A stretch of DNA of 64,000 nucleotides from Octopus vulgaris. Taxonomy: Eukaryota. Where the stretch lies: NCBI GenBank assembly GCA_951406725.2, contig OX597839.1, positions 26,226,001 to 26,290,000 on the forward strand, written 5' to 3'. Each line of letters starts with the position of its first letter. Position 1 is the first letter of the stretch. The notes beneath the pieces are model-generated. The model saw only the letters and a list, made by a program, of their open reading frames with translations, made no database searches and was not told the DNA's origin. This document shows, piece by piece, positions 26,328 through 39,164 of this stretch. The position numbers and the translations under genes are program-made.

Positions 26328-26740
26328 GGCGCAGGAGTGGCTGTGTGGTAAGTAGCTTGCTAACCAACCACATGGTTCCGGGTTCAGTCCCACTGTGTGG
26401 CATCTTGAGCAAGAGTCTTCTGCTATAGGCCCGGGCCAACCAATGCCTTGTGAGTGGATTTGGTAGACGGAAACTGAAAGAAGCCCGTCGTATATATGTA
26501 TATATATATGTGTGTGTGTGCGTGTATGTTTGTGTGTCTGTGTTTGTCCCCCTAGCATTGCTTGACAACCGATGCTGGTGTGTTTACGTCCCCGTTATTT
26601 AGCGGTTCGGCAAAAGAGACCGATAGAATAAGTACTGGGCTTACAAAAAAATAAGTCCCGGGATCGAGTTGCTCGATTAAAGGCGGTGCTCCAGCATGGC
26701 CGCAGTCAAATGACTGAAAAGAGTAAAAGAGTAAAAGAGT
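26328..26740 (+). mobile_element. SINE family B
   Basis: Full-length with (GTAAAAGA)n tail. Confidence 0.9.
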
Positions 26741-27410
26741 GAGAACTTACAAAAGACCTGTTCACTGACAAAACTTTGTGCTGCTTTGTTATCAAAATGA
26801 TATTTGAAATGAATTTGGTTGAAAGTTTTTAACATAGATTAATTTAAATCTGCAAGTTTGTATCACAGAACCAGAAACCAGTCTCAGATTTGCTAACATC
26901 AAAGAGGTTAAAGCTCTGCGCATGTAAAGGTTGGTGCCAAAAGGGTTAAGCAAACGTTTCAATTCCATGTAACAAGGGTTAGCTAATTAAAAAAAAACCA
27001 AAAAAAAACAAAGCAAAAAAAACCCCCAAAAAAGAACAAACAAACTACCTAATAAATTAAAAGGATATTTTAACCAATCAGAGACCCACAGAAAGTAATG
27101 CTATCTTTTTAAGTTTTTTTAATTTTTTTTTTTATTTTATCTGTCTCCTTGCTTTTAGAATAGTTTGTATTGCTAGTCAATGCCCTCACAGCTTCATTGT
27201 TAATCACAAGACTCAAAATGAAGCAGCAATTATAGAGTTCATGCTAGGCAGGCTTTTGTTCTGAGAAAGAAAAACAAAAAAAAAATAAACAAAAACAAAT
27301 ATTTTTTTTTTTTTAAATGGGAGAAAGAAAAGAAAGAAAGAAGGATTAAAAATAATATATAATATAATATAATACAGTATTTCTATGGTGACATTAAGAA
27401 TGTATATATC

Positions 27411-27443
<33 letters not shown>

Positions 27444-27704
27444 TTGCATGTGTGTGTGTAGATATGTATGGTAAAGAAACACGTGAAGGAAGGATTAGGC
27501 TGAGGGATGGAGAAGTTTGTTAGGAAGTATACCTAGCTGCAAGGCATGGCTGTGTGGTTTAGAAGTCAAGTCGGCAACCATGTGGTTTCAGGTTCTGTCC
27601 CACCCTGTGAAACTTTGCGAGGGAACATCTTTTCTTATAGTTGTAAGCTCAGCAATGCTTTGTGAGTGGAATTTATTAGATGGAAACTGTGTGGAAGCCA
27701 ATCA

Positions 27705-28215
27705 TATGTATGTGTGTGTATACATACATACATACATATATATACACACACATACATACATATATATATATACACACACATACATACATATATATATATA
27801 CACACACATACATACATATATATATATACACACACATACATACATACATATATATACACACACACACATACATACATATATATATATACACACACATACA
27901 TACATACATATATATATATACACACACATACATACATACATATATATATATATACACACACATACATACATATATATATACACACACATACATACATACA
28001 TATATATATATACACACACATACATACATACATATATATATACACACACATACATACATACATATATATATACACACACATACATACATACATACATATA
28101 TATATACACACACATACATACATACATATATATATATACACACACATACATACATATATATATATATACACACACATACATACATACATATATATATATA
28201 TACACACACATACAT
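27705..28215. repeat. TA/CA/TACA microsatellite expanded inside an old SINE B
   Basis: SINE B 5' half precedes it and tail follows it. Confidence 0.92.
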
Positions 28216-28287
28216 AGGCAGTGCTCCAGCATGACCAGTCATATAGCTGAAACAAATGAAAGACTAAAAGAATACAAATACATATAT

Positions 28288-28449
28288 GCAAAGGAGTGGC
28301 TGTGTGGTAAGTAGCTTGCTTACCAACCACATGGTTCCAGGTTCAGTCCCACTGTGTGGCACCTTGGGCAAGTGTCTTCTACTATAGCCTCGGGCTGGCC
28401 AAAGCCTTGTGAGTGGATTTGGTAGACGGAAACTGAAAGAAGCCCGTTG

Positions 28450-28481
<32 letters not shown>

Positions 28482-28655
28482 CGTGTGTGCATGTTTGTCC
28501 CCCCCAACATCACCTGACAACCGATGCTGGTGTGTTTACGTGCCCGTAAGCGGGCGGTTCAGCAAAAAAGACCAATAGAATAAGTACTAGGCTTACAAAG
28601 AATATGTCCTGAGGTCGATTTGCTCGGCTAAAGGCGGTGCTCCAGCATGGCCGCA
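28288..28655 (+). mobile_element. SINE family B
   Basis: Homology to other copies. Confidence 0.88.
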
Positions 28656-28726
28656 GATGATGATGATATATATATATATATATATAGATGAAGTGCCCCT
28701 CTTTCATTTGTCCACTCACTCATGTG

Positions 28727-28768
<42 letters not shown>

Positions 28769-28794
28769 TAGATAGATACATACATATGGTGGGC

Positions 28795-28832
<38 letters not shown>

Positions 28833-29297
28833 GCACATATGTATGTATATACTTACATATCTATATACGTCAACATCATTACCATCATTTACCATCCATG
28901 TGTCATGCTGGCATGGCTTGGATGGTTTGTCAGGATCCAACGTATCCAAGGACTGCATTTCGAACTCCAGTGTCTGTTTTGTCCTGGTTTCCATGGCTGG
29001 ATGCCTTTCCTAACACCAACCACCCTTTACAGTGTGAAGAAGGGAGCTTGCAGTCAACGTAAGCAGTGTTGTAGACTTGCAGTCAATACAGAAGAACATC
29101 TGGAGATTTATGAATGTATCATGACAGGCTGTGCAAGTAGCTGTGAACAAGACTTGGGTGTTCATTGTTCAAACAGCCTGAGGGATCAGTGTCTTGTTTG
29201 GAGACAGGTGGGGGTAGGTGACAGGAAGGGCATCCAGCTGCAGAACATTTGCCTCAGTGAAGTCTATCTGACACATACCAGCACGGAGAAATGGACA

Positions 29298-29795
29298 TGA
29301 CGATGATGATGATGATGATGACAATGGTAATGATGATGACAATAGTAATGATGATAATGGTAATGATGATGATGATGATGACAGTGATGATGTTGACAGT
29401 GAAGATGATGGTGGTGATGATGATATGGTGGTTGTGGTGATAATGACAACAATGATGATAAAGAAGATGATGACGATGACAAAGATGATGATGGTGGTGG
29501 TGATAATGACGACAATAATGATAAAGAAGATGATGATGATGACAAAGATGATGATGATGATGGTGGTGGTGATAATGACGACAATGATGATAAAGAAGAT
29601 GATGATGATGACGACTAAGATGATGATGACGACTAAGATGATGATGATGGTGATGAATGATGACAATGATAATAAAGATGATGATGATGATGATGACAAA
29701 GATGATGATGACGATGGTGGTGGTGATAATGACGACAATGATGATGACGACAAAGATGATGATGATGGTGATGAATGATGACAATGATGACAGCG
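29298..29795. repeat. (GAT)n-derived array grown from an element D tail
   Basis: Follows GGACATGACG tail; internal higher-order units. Confidence 0.92.
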
Positions 29796-30084
29796 ATGAT
29801 ACAGCTTAAGTGGTTGAGTAATTTTCATCCACATTTCAACCCTTAACATAATTCTCAGTTTAACACAGGCCAGACTCTTCAAATTACAACATCAGTCCTA
29901 CTTGTATTTGAGTGGCTGCGTATTCCAGAGACACTTATTCCCTTATCATAATCTCCAGAGCGGCACAGTGCTACATGGCAATGCAACAATGCTTGTCATA
30001 ATCAGATGCCTTATTGCAGGATGTGTACACAGTCCCAGATAGAAGTGAACCAAGGACCCTTTATTTCTAAACTAAATATATTAA

Positions 30085-30745
30085 CCCTTTCTACTAAAGG
30101 CACATGGCCGGAAATTTGTGGGGAGGGGACAAGTCGATGTAATCAACCTAGTAGTTAAATGTACCTAGTTTATCGACCCCCCAAAAAGGATGAAAGGCAA
30201 AGTCGACCTCGGTGGAAATTGAACTCACAACATAAAGATGGACAAAATACCGCTAAGCATTTTGCTCAGCATGCTAACGATTCTGCCAGCTCACCACTTT
30301 AAAACTAAAGGAAATAATGTTCTTAAGGGCGACGAGCTAGCAGAAACGTTAGCGCGCCAGGCGAAATGCTTAGCGGTATTTCGTCTGTCGTTACATTCTG
30401 AGTTCAAATTCCGCCGAGGTCAACTTTGCCTTTCATCCTTTCAGGGTCGATAAATTAAGTACCAGTTTTGCACTGGGGTCGATATAATCGACTTAATCCC
30501 TTTGTCTGTCCTTGTTTATCCCCTCTGTGTTTAGCCCCTTGTGGGTAGTAAAGAAATAGGTATTTCGTCTGTCGTTACGTCCTGAGTTCAAATTCCGCCG
30601 AGGTCGACTTTGCCTTTCATCCTTTCAGGTTCGATAAATTAAGTACCAGTTTCGCACTGGGGTTGATATAATCGACTTAATCCCTTTGTCTGTTCTTGTT
30701 TGTCCCCTCTATGTTTAGCCCCTTGTGGGCAGTAAAGAAATAAAT
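30085..30745. mobile_element. SINE family C monomer (minus) and dimer (plus, 30327-30745), head to head
   Basis: Junction GAAATAGG-TATTTC at 30559; TSD AATGTTCTT. Confidence 0.87.
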
Positions 30746-30879
30746 GTTCTTGTAGACAATTCCGAGTTTGGATCTCCTCTGGATGTCTACATTGTCACCA
30801 GACTAGATTCTCACCTTTAAAAGAACATTATTACCTTTAGCAAGACTGGATTTAGACCCGTACAGGCCCTAAACACTTA

Positions 30880-31728
30880 AGAGCTTGGTGCTCCATCACA
30901 ACATGCTGCCCAGTCAGGGAATAGAACCCATGATCTTGCGATTTTGGGTACGGTAGAGCGGCGGAGGAACGGGCGACCGGCGCAGGCCTGTCGCTGGCGG
31001 CCCTGCGGCGTGTGGACGAACGGAGAAAGCAGGGTGGCATTAAGGCGGCAGCCACCCGCCAGGCTGACGGTGTCTTAGGCTGAGGTCTCGGGCATCCTGC
31101 CGAACGATCCCGGAGACATCCACCTGCCGACTGCAAGCCCTCAATATAGTCTTGACCCCCTTGGGGTGCAACAGCCTAACAGCTAAGCCACATACCTTCA
31201 CACACACACACATCACATGTGATCACATGACTGCCCAGGTTATCAGAAGTCGTTATACCTCGCTGGTCACAATGCATTTTGCAATGTTTTAGCCTTCAAA
31301 TGGTGCCACCCCACTGGTCAGCTGAGCAGGTTAACATTCTCCCCTGATCGAGCAACATGTAATGAAGTGCTTTGGTCAAGAACAGAACACACCGCCCAGT
31401 CAGGGAATAGAACCTACGATCTTGGATTGTGTGTGCAACATCCTAACCACTAAGCCATGTGCCTTCACACACACACACTACACATAATCATGTGACCGAC
31501 CAGACTATCAGATGTTACACATCGCTGGTCACAGTACATTTTGCATTGTTTTAACCTTCAAACGACACCACCCCAATGGTCAAGCGAGCAGGCCAACATT
31601 CTCCCCTGATCGAAACAGGAAATGGAGCAACGTGTAATGAAGTGTTGTGCTGCCCAGTCAGAGAATTGAACCCATAACCCTAGTGATCATGAGTGCAACA
31701 GCCTTACCCACTCGGCCATAAACCTTCA
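30880..31728 (-). mobile_element. Three SINE family E copies; first is split by a GC-rich insert
   Basis: Heads like family A, different core, tail as 25835-26133. Confidence 0.72.
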
Positions 31729-31824
31729 CTAATTCAAAATGTAAACAACAATAAACCAGAAAATAAATTCTTATTCTTCAAAATGGAACAAAACTAACAG
31801 AAAAGATCAAGTTTTTTTCTATTT

Positions 31825-32198
31825 TTCTTTTACTCTTTTACTTCTTTCAGTCATTTGACTGTGGCCAAGCTGGAGCACCATCTTGAAATGTTTTAGTCAA
31901 ACAAATTGACCCCAGGGTTTATTTTTTAAGTCTAGTACTTATTCTATTGGTCTCTTTTGCTGAACCGCTAAATTATGGGGACACAAACACACCAACACTG
32001 GTTGTCAAGTTGTGATGACAGGGGGGAGAAACAAATACAGACACACCCACATACACACATATACGACGGGCTTCTTTCAGTTTCCATCAACCAAATCCGC
32101 TCACAAGGCTTTGGTTGACCTGAGGCTAAAGTAGAAGACACTTTCCCAAAGTACCACGCAGTGGGACTGAACCCAGAACCAAGTGGTTGGGAAGCAAG
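31825..32198 (-). mobile_element. SINE family B
   Basis: Homology to other copies. Confidence 0.85.
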
Positions 32199-32418
32199 AA
32201 AAGTTTTCTACTTTTTTCCGATAGCAAAGTCTTTGATCAGATCCTTACCATGACACCATGAACCCTTTGAAATTATTTTTCTAATCAAATAAACCACTTC
32301 GAATATTATTTTAGCAAGTTTCAAGTGATTTCTTTTGTGGTGTGAACCATTTACCATTTCTGTGATTCTTCCCCCCCACCTACCTTCCCTTAGTGCCTTA
32401 AACATGTGCTTATTTTCC

Positions 32419-32648
32419 ATAACCATTTTGTTACCATATTCCTGTTGAGATGTTCTGTGTTTCTTTCAATTCATTTTAAATGCAACAAAGAATTTAGTAA
32501 AATAACTTCGTTATCATTAAGCTGGAGTTAGGAACATAAATTGTGACTAAGGTTTGGTGGAAGATTTTAATTCAGAACTTTTGAAAGCAAGACATTTGTA
32601 CTACAGAGCCAGAGGTGGTTTCAGCCAGGTTGGTATCAAAAGGGTTAA
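32419..32648. mobile_element. piggyBac-like MITE (truncated relative at 33497-33622)
   Basis: Ends AAAAGGG-TTAA; relative begins TTAA-CCCTTT with shared interior. Confidence 0.65.
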
Positions 32649-33622
32649 TGATTACTCAGTGACCCCACTGGTGTTGATGCTGCAATGTAAAATTTCTTAT
32701 TTCTCCAGTCTCTACCCTGCTCAGTTGAGGAGTCTTAATCTTGCAAGTTACTTGGCACCCTCACTGGTGCTGGTGCCACATAAAAAGCACCCAGTACACT
32801 TTGTAAAGTGGTTGGCATTAGGAAGGGCATCCAGCTGTAGAAACCATTCCAAAACAGACAAGTGAAACCTGGTGCAGGTCTCAGGTCAAACCGTCCAATC
32901 CTAGCTCCTGTCAAACCGTCCAATCCATGCCAGCATGGAAGAGAGAATTAAATGATGTGATGATGATGATGGTGGTGATAATGATGAAGAGGATGATGAC
33001 GATGATGATGATGGTGATGAAGAAGAAGAAGCTCTCATCTGATGGACGTAATGTTGCAAATGTTTGTTGAAATGTCCGGAACTAGAAGTCAGGTGTCGTT
33101 AATGGGATGTAATTAACGAGGAATCAGCGTTGGGCAGCCAAAGTGTGTCAATAGTTAAATGTCACCCTTAACACTATAACCACCGACATGTCTATTCACA
33201 TACGATGACGGCAACAACAACAACAGCAGCAACAAGCGACGGGGCAGGGTGGGGCAGATGAAAATGTCAATGCAACACAATAATCAATGTATGCAAAAAC
33301 CAGCAAGAATTACCTTTATTTTCGAGAGAAAATGTCACCACGACAACAGTCAATATATTTTGGTTACACACCACAACAGCATCATCATCATAACATGACA
33401 TTTCACTTCATTTTCCCTTTTAGCTTTTCAAGTCAACGAAGAAACCAGACAATGGGGTGGTCACCGAGTTTGCTAGAAGTAGCAGCCAAATCTCCCTTAA
33501 CCCTTTCATTACTGTATTTATTTTGAGATGCTCTGTGTTTCTTTCAATTACTTTAAATATAACAAAGAATTGAGTAAAATAACTTAGTTATCATTCAGTT
33601 AGTGTTAGGAACATAAATTGTG

Positions 33623-33870
33623 AAAGGTAGGAGAGTCCAGTTTGCTGGACATTGTTGTAGAGCTGAAAAAGAGGTAATTTCTACTCTCCTCCTCTGGAAG
33701 CCATCTACTCGCAATACCAGAGGGCGCACACTCTCCTACTCTGATGTAATCTCCAGGGATACAGGCATCCAGCAACAGCACCTCCGTAATGCCATGATGG
33801 ACCGTGAAGTCTGGCGTAGCATGGTAAATTCCATTGTCTCGACCACGGTCAAACAATCATGATGATGATT
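33623..33870 (+). mobile_element. RTE-clade LINE 3' fragment
   Basis: RRVQFAGHCCR...LLLWKP...RDTG...AMMDREVWR, stop, (TGA)n tail. Confidence 0.85.
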
Positions 33871-34044
33871 TGTCTGTTTGAGCGACGAAGACCATTTTGT
33901 TATTCTTAAGGATGACAGATGACATGTGTGGTGGCTTTGTTTAAGGTGGAGAAGAGCTGACCACTGGCAACCTCGCCCTCTCATTGATCCCTGACCATTG
34001 ACCATCTTCAGTCCAGTGGCAAGTATAGAAATAAAAATAGAAAA

Positions 34045-34278
34045 GTTCCTTCTTGTGTCATGCTGACTCATAAGGTCCGGTTTCCCGGTTTCCTGGCGTA
34101 TATATTCCTCACCTGGATGGGACGCCGGTCCATCACAGGTTTTTACCAGCTGAGTGGACTGGAGCAATGTGAAATGAGGATTTTTGCTCAAGAACACAAT
34201 GAGTTGCTCAGTCCAGGAATCGAAACCACAATCTTCCGATCATGAGTCCAACACCCTAACCACTAAGCCATGTGCCTC
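34045..34278 (-). mobile_element. SINE family E with third tail type (also 34753-34986, 35890-36105)
   Basis: tRNA head plus CCTG(C/T)GATGGAC...CCCATCCAGG block. Confidence 0.78.
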
Positions 34279-34356
34279 TGCAGCCTGTGGCAAGACCAGG
34301 TCAAGACAACTGGGGATGGGAGTGGATGCATGGGATGGCCCAGATGTCTTGTCTTG

Positions 34357-35218
34357 TATGCTTTGCTACACCTGTTTTCCCCTCCACTGAACCATGAAGG
34401 TTTCTTCCACAGGGTCCACTGTACCAGTTAACCCCTAACTGGGATCCTGACAGGTGGTACTACTCAGAGTCAGAGAAGACCTGACAACAATAATAAAGGT
34501 AAGGTTTCCTTCCTGAGACATATATATTTCTTTATTACCCACAAGGGGCTACACACAGAGGGGACAAACAAGGACAGACAAAGCGATTAAGTCGATTCCA
34601 TCGACCCCAGTGTGTTACTGGTACTTAATTTATCAACCCCGAAAGGATGAAAGGCAAAGTCAACCTCGGCGGAATTTGAACTCAGAACGTAACGGCAGAC
34701 GAAATACAGCTATGCATTTCACCCGGCGTGCTACCGTTTCTGCCAGCTCACCTTCCTGAGACATATAGGCTCACAAGGGCTGGTTTCCCGGCTTCCCTGA
34801 CATTTATATTCCCCACTTGGATGGGACACTGGTCTGTCGCAGGATGACTCATTGTTACCAACTGAATGGATTGGAGCAACGGGAAATAAAGTGTTTTGAC
34901 CACAACACAGTGCTTGGTCTGAGAATGGAACCCACGATTGCTAGATCATGAGTGCAACACCCTAAACACGAAGCTAGGTGCCTTCACAGTGTCCCATCCA
35001 AGTGGGGAATATAAATGCCAGGGAAGCCGGAAAACCAGCCCTTGTGAGCCTATATGTCTCAGGAAGGAAACCTTACCTTTATTATTGTTGTCAGGCCTTC
35101 TCTGACTCTGAGTAGTACCACCTGCCAGGATCCCAGTTAGGGGTTAACTGGTATGGTGGACCCTGTGCAAGAAATCTTCATGGTTCAGTGGAGGGGAAAA
35201 CAGGTGTAGCAAAGCATA
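34357..35218. repeat. Inverted duplication with ~230-bp arms
   Basis: 34357-34831 (minus the inserted SINE) is the reverse complement of 34987-35218 with about 8 mismatches. Confidence 0.92.
34525..34752 (-). mobile_element. SINE family C monomer
   Basis: TSD CCTTCCTGAGACATATA. Confidence 0.9.
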
Positions 35219-35277
35219 ACAAATATAAAAAAAAAGTAAAGTTACTTTTCAAGTCATATACACTCATAAGGGCCAGT

Positions 35278-35881
35278 CAGGGCTGTTGCTAAGCCACTGC
35301 AACCCCTGCAGTCACAGGGGGCCTCCACAGTTGAAGGGACACCATAGGGACACCACGTTAAGATCACAGTACATAGATAAGTCATATATTTATTTTGGTT
35401 AAGATGTTGAACAAGAATTAAACTATGTTTAGTGAAAATTTCAAGAAATAAAATGGTAATACGTTGTACCTGCAAAAGTTCTTGTAAAAATATTACATTG
35501 TACCACGAACGTGTACCAGACTTTGTGGATTGTCTACGACATCTATTGAACACAAACTTAGCTCTCAGCTTCATTATTCTGAACTGATCAATGATAACAC
35601 AAAGTGAAAAGTGCACCGTGTTTGTCTTTGAAAGTTGCCTGGATTATAAAAATGCTCTTTTATTCATGTCTGGAAGTTTTACTTATTGAAATGTGTAATA
35701 AACCGAAATAAATTTGACTTGTAGTTTTAAAGATGTTCTTTAGGATAACGTGAAATATTGAACTTCAGATAGAATAAAGTAAAATATAGCTGTGAATAGA
35801 AGGTGCGTAGATTATGACTTTTGATTGAAGGGATGAGGCCTTGAAACAAAAAGTTGCAGGGGGCCTCTAAAAGTCACGTGA
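35278..35881 (+). mobile_element. Non-autonomous hAT element with decayed transposase C-terminus
   Basis: Starts CAGGGC; encodes RLCGLSTTSIEHKLSSQLHYSELIND, like the hAT dimerisation domain. Confidence 0.75.
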
Positions 35882-36431
35882 CACACCTGGAGCTGGTTTC
35901 CCCGTTTCAGTGGCGAATATATTCCCCACCTGGATGGGAACCTAGTCCATCGCAGGGTTACTCATTTTTGTCAGATGAGTGGAGTGAAACTACATGAAAT
36001 GAAATATTTTACTCTAGAACATAATGTGTTGCCCAGTTCAGGAATCGAAACCACAATCTTATGATCATGAGTCCAACACCCTAACCACTGGGCCATGTGC
36101 TTCCACCAGAACAATAGTAGTTAAGAGGGGATTCCACATTCCTGAAAACCCTGGAACTAGAGAACCAGGGCCCCACTACCAGATGTAGTTTAAACTCATC
36201 CCCAGCCACACACACACACACTAACAGCTTATTGGCAGAATCAGTAGAGCACTGTTGGACAAAACATTGAGGTTGTTTGACTAAGCCCCTCTAGGTTTTA
36301 AGTTCAAATCCCACCCAGTTCAACCATCTGTTTCTCGCTTTGGTCTTTTTTTTTTTCCTTCGAAAGTCAATGAAATAGCTGAGAGAAAGAGAGAGAGAGA
36401 GAGAGAGAGATAAACTACAGCTGTTGATATA

Positions 36432-36662
36432 TATTTCTTTACAACCCACAAGGGGCTAAACATAGAGGGGACAAACAAGGACAGACAAAGGGATTAAGTC
36501 GATTGCATTGACCCCAGTGCGAAATTGGTACTTTATTTATCGACCCCGAAAGGATGAAAGGCAAAGTCGACCTCGGCGGAATTTGAACTCACAACGTAAC
36601 GACAGGCGAAATACCGCTAAGCATTTTTCCCGGCGCGCTAACGTTTCTGCCATCTCGACGCC
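36432..36662 (-). mobile_element. SINE family C monomer
   Basis: TSD ACAGCTGTTGATATA. Confidence 0.88.
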
Positions 36663-37203
36663 TTTAGCCATCTCAACAGCTGTTGATATAACCAACTGAA
36701 ACCATGATGGCCATGCTCCAGCTTGGTCCCGAGCCAATGACCAGAACTAAACTAAAAAAAAATATAGCCCTTTTTAAATGTAAAGGGACACACTAGGTAT
36801 TGAAACCTTAGACACATTTTGTGAAAAAAAAAATTAGACAAGATGATCATGGCTGGATAATGTTCAATCATAAATCTGCCTCATCAGGACTGACCTAGGG
36901 CTAAACAACCACTGTCTTTTGCTTTTTTAATTTATCACATTCTTTATAAATTCTTTGTTAGAATGAGCATAAATTAACATAAATTAAAATAAAAAGATGA
37001 AAATATTTAAATGAGTCATCTTTTGCCCTCAGCCTCATTTACTAATTCTCTTACAATTCTATTTTATTTGCTGTTTTTTTTTATTAAATTTAATGAAGAG
37101 GTGGGGCAGTGCCCATGGCCTCGGTGAGTTCTCCCTCCCCGCTCTCTCTCTCTCTCTTTGTAGCTTAAGTGATGTTAATTCTTTGCAAAAAAGCAATTTT
37201 AAA

Positions 37204-37440
37204 TCATCATCATCATCATCATCATCATTTAGCGTCCGTTTTCCATGCTAGCATGGGTTGGACGGTTCAACTGGGGTCTGTGAAGCCTGAAGGCCGCATC
37301 AGGCCCAGTCTGATCTGGCAATGTTTCTACAGCTGGATGCCCCTCCTAACGCCAACCACTCCATGAGTGTAGTGGGTGCTTTTTACGTGCCACCTGTACA
37401 GGTGCCAGACGGAGCAAACGGCCACGAATGGATGGTGCTT
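37204..37440 (-). mobile_element. Element D
   Basis: (CAT)n tail and conserved block. Confidence 0.82.
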
Positions 37441-37642
37441 AATCTGCAGTTAAAATAGTTTGAGTGCTTAATCAGGGCCTATAAGAGGCAGGTGTGAACC
37501 AGTGCATCGATTTGGGACTCAAAGAACCAAGGACGGGGCCCATGACTAACTACTAGAGCCCTGTTTATTACAGAAAATGAAATTCAGATCCCTCAGAATT
37601 TAGAAAGAAAGGGATCTGAAAACAGTCTTGTTGTTTGTTTGT

Positions 37643-37938
37643 TCCTTCTCAAGCCATGCCTGGCTTATGAGGGCCCATTTCCCGGTTTCCTTGGCGTATA
37701 GGTTCCCCACCTGTGACGGGACACTGGTCCGTCGCAGGTGAGCTGCAAGATGCAGGAGGAAAGAGTGAGAGAAAGATGTGGCGAAAGAGTCAGCAGAAGT
37801 TCGCCATTACCTTCTGCCGGAGCCGCATGGGGCTTAGGTGTTTTTGCTCATAAACACACACATCGCCCAGTCTGAGATTTGAACCTGTGATCCCTTGACC
37901 ACTAGTCCGCTGCTCTAACCACTAGGCCATGTGCCTCC
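37643..37938 (-). mobile_element. SINE family A-type core with third tail type
   Basis: Core as family A; tail as 34045-34278. Confidence 0.8.
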
Positions 37939-38086
37939 GTATGTCTTGTGGCACCTTGCCAAATTTCTCTAAGAGGCCCTGGGAATAATTTCTATAGAAG
38001 ACTTACAGGATCACAGTTTCAACCCAAACTCAATGGGGGTTACAACTATGTATGCTCTCCAAGTCAAACTATATATATATATATAT

Positions 38087-38214
38087 ATTATTAATCAGTA
38101 GCAGTTACAGAGTGACTGAATGGCTGACAGTTTCATGTATTCAGATTTATCAAGCTGCGAAGACATGAAGCCCTTGGTCTTTGAGTCACTCTGTAACTAC
38201 TGCTGATTAATAAT
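38087..38214. repeat. Short fold-back element (~30-bp inverted arms)
   Basis: TTAATCAGTAGCAGTTACAGAGTGACT ... AGTCACTCTGTAACTACTGCTGATTAA. Confidence 0.85.
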
Positions 38215-38221
38215 AATAATA

Positions 38222-38553
38222 ATAAAAAGAAATGGAGAAACTTTCAAAATACAAAGACCTGGAAATGGAGGTAACCAGAATGTGGAATCTGAAAACAGAA
38301 ACAATTCCTATCATAGTAGGTGCATTAGGCATGATAAAAAAATATTCAGACAAATACATAGCAAAAACACCAGGACTTACAAACACATATAACATACAGA
38401 AAATTGCACTACTAGGCACTGCACACATCCTACGCAGAACACTTTCCATACAATAACCATCAGAGCATCACAACAAATCACAGCACATACCCAAGGCACA
38501 CAGAGCTGTGCTCGGTAGTGAAGTGAAAGCACGCTATAAAAATAAAACTACTG
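38222..38553 (+). mobile_element. R4/Dong-like LINE 3' end in a (TAA)n tract
   Basis: EKLSKYKDL...RMW...IPIIVGALG...IQKIALLGTAHILRRTL; TAA repeats on both sides. Confidence 0.85.
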
Positions 38554-38571
38554 AATAATAATAATAATAAT

Positions 38572-39022
38572 AATCCTTTCTACAGAAGGCACAAGGCCTG
38601 AAATTTTGGTGGGATGGAGCTAGTTGATAACATCAACCCTAATGTATTACTGGTACTTAATTTATCGACCCTGAAAGAATAAAAGGCAAAGTCGACCTCG
38701 GCGGAATTTGAACTCAGAATGTAGTGACGGGTAGAATACTGCTAAGCATTTCATCCAGCGTGCTAAGAATTCTGCCAGTGTGCCGCCTTGATGATGATAA
38801 TAATAATCCTTTGTACCATAGGCACAAGGCCTGAAATCTTTTGGGGGAAGGGGGCCAGTCGATTACATCAACCCCAGTATGCAACTGGTACTTAATTTAT
38901 TGACCCTTGAAAGGATGAAAGGTAAAGTCAACCTTAGTGGAATTTGAACTCAGAACATAAAGGTGGGACGAACTGCCACTAAGCAATTTTCCCGGTGAGC
39001 TAACGATTCTGCCAGCTTGCCC
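38572..39022 (-). mobile_element. Two SINE family C monomers
   Basis: Head, core and AGAAAGGATTATT-type tails. Confidence 0.85.
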
Positions 39023-39164
39023 TTCGCCCCCTTAATACGCAATATTTAATATACCAGATGTTTAAGTCAGTGCTACTGTTCATAAATACAATTCATTATA
39101 TTTTGAGAATTATGCTTAATGAGTTTATTAAATACCAAAAAAAGAAAAAAAAAAAAAACCTATA

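Noticed and set aside
30970-31025. HDV-like ribozyme (TCGCTGGCG) in the GC-rich insert
   Set aside because: P1 and P2 pairings cannot be completed
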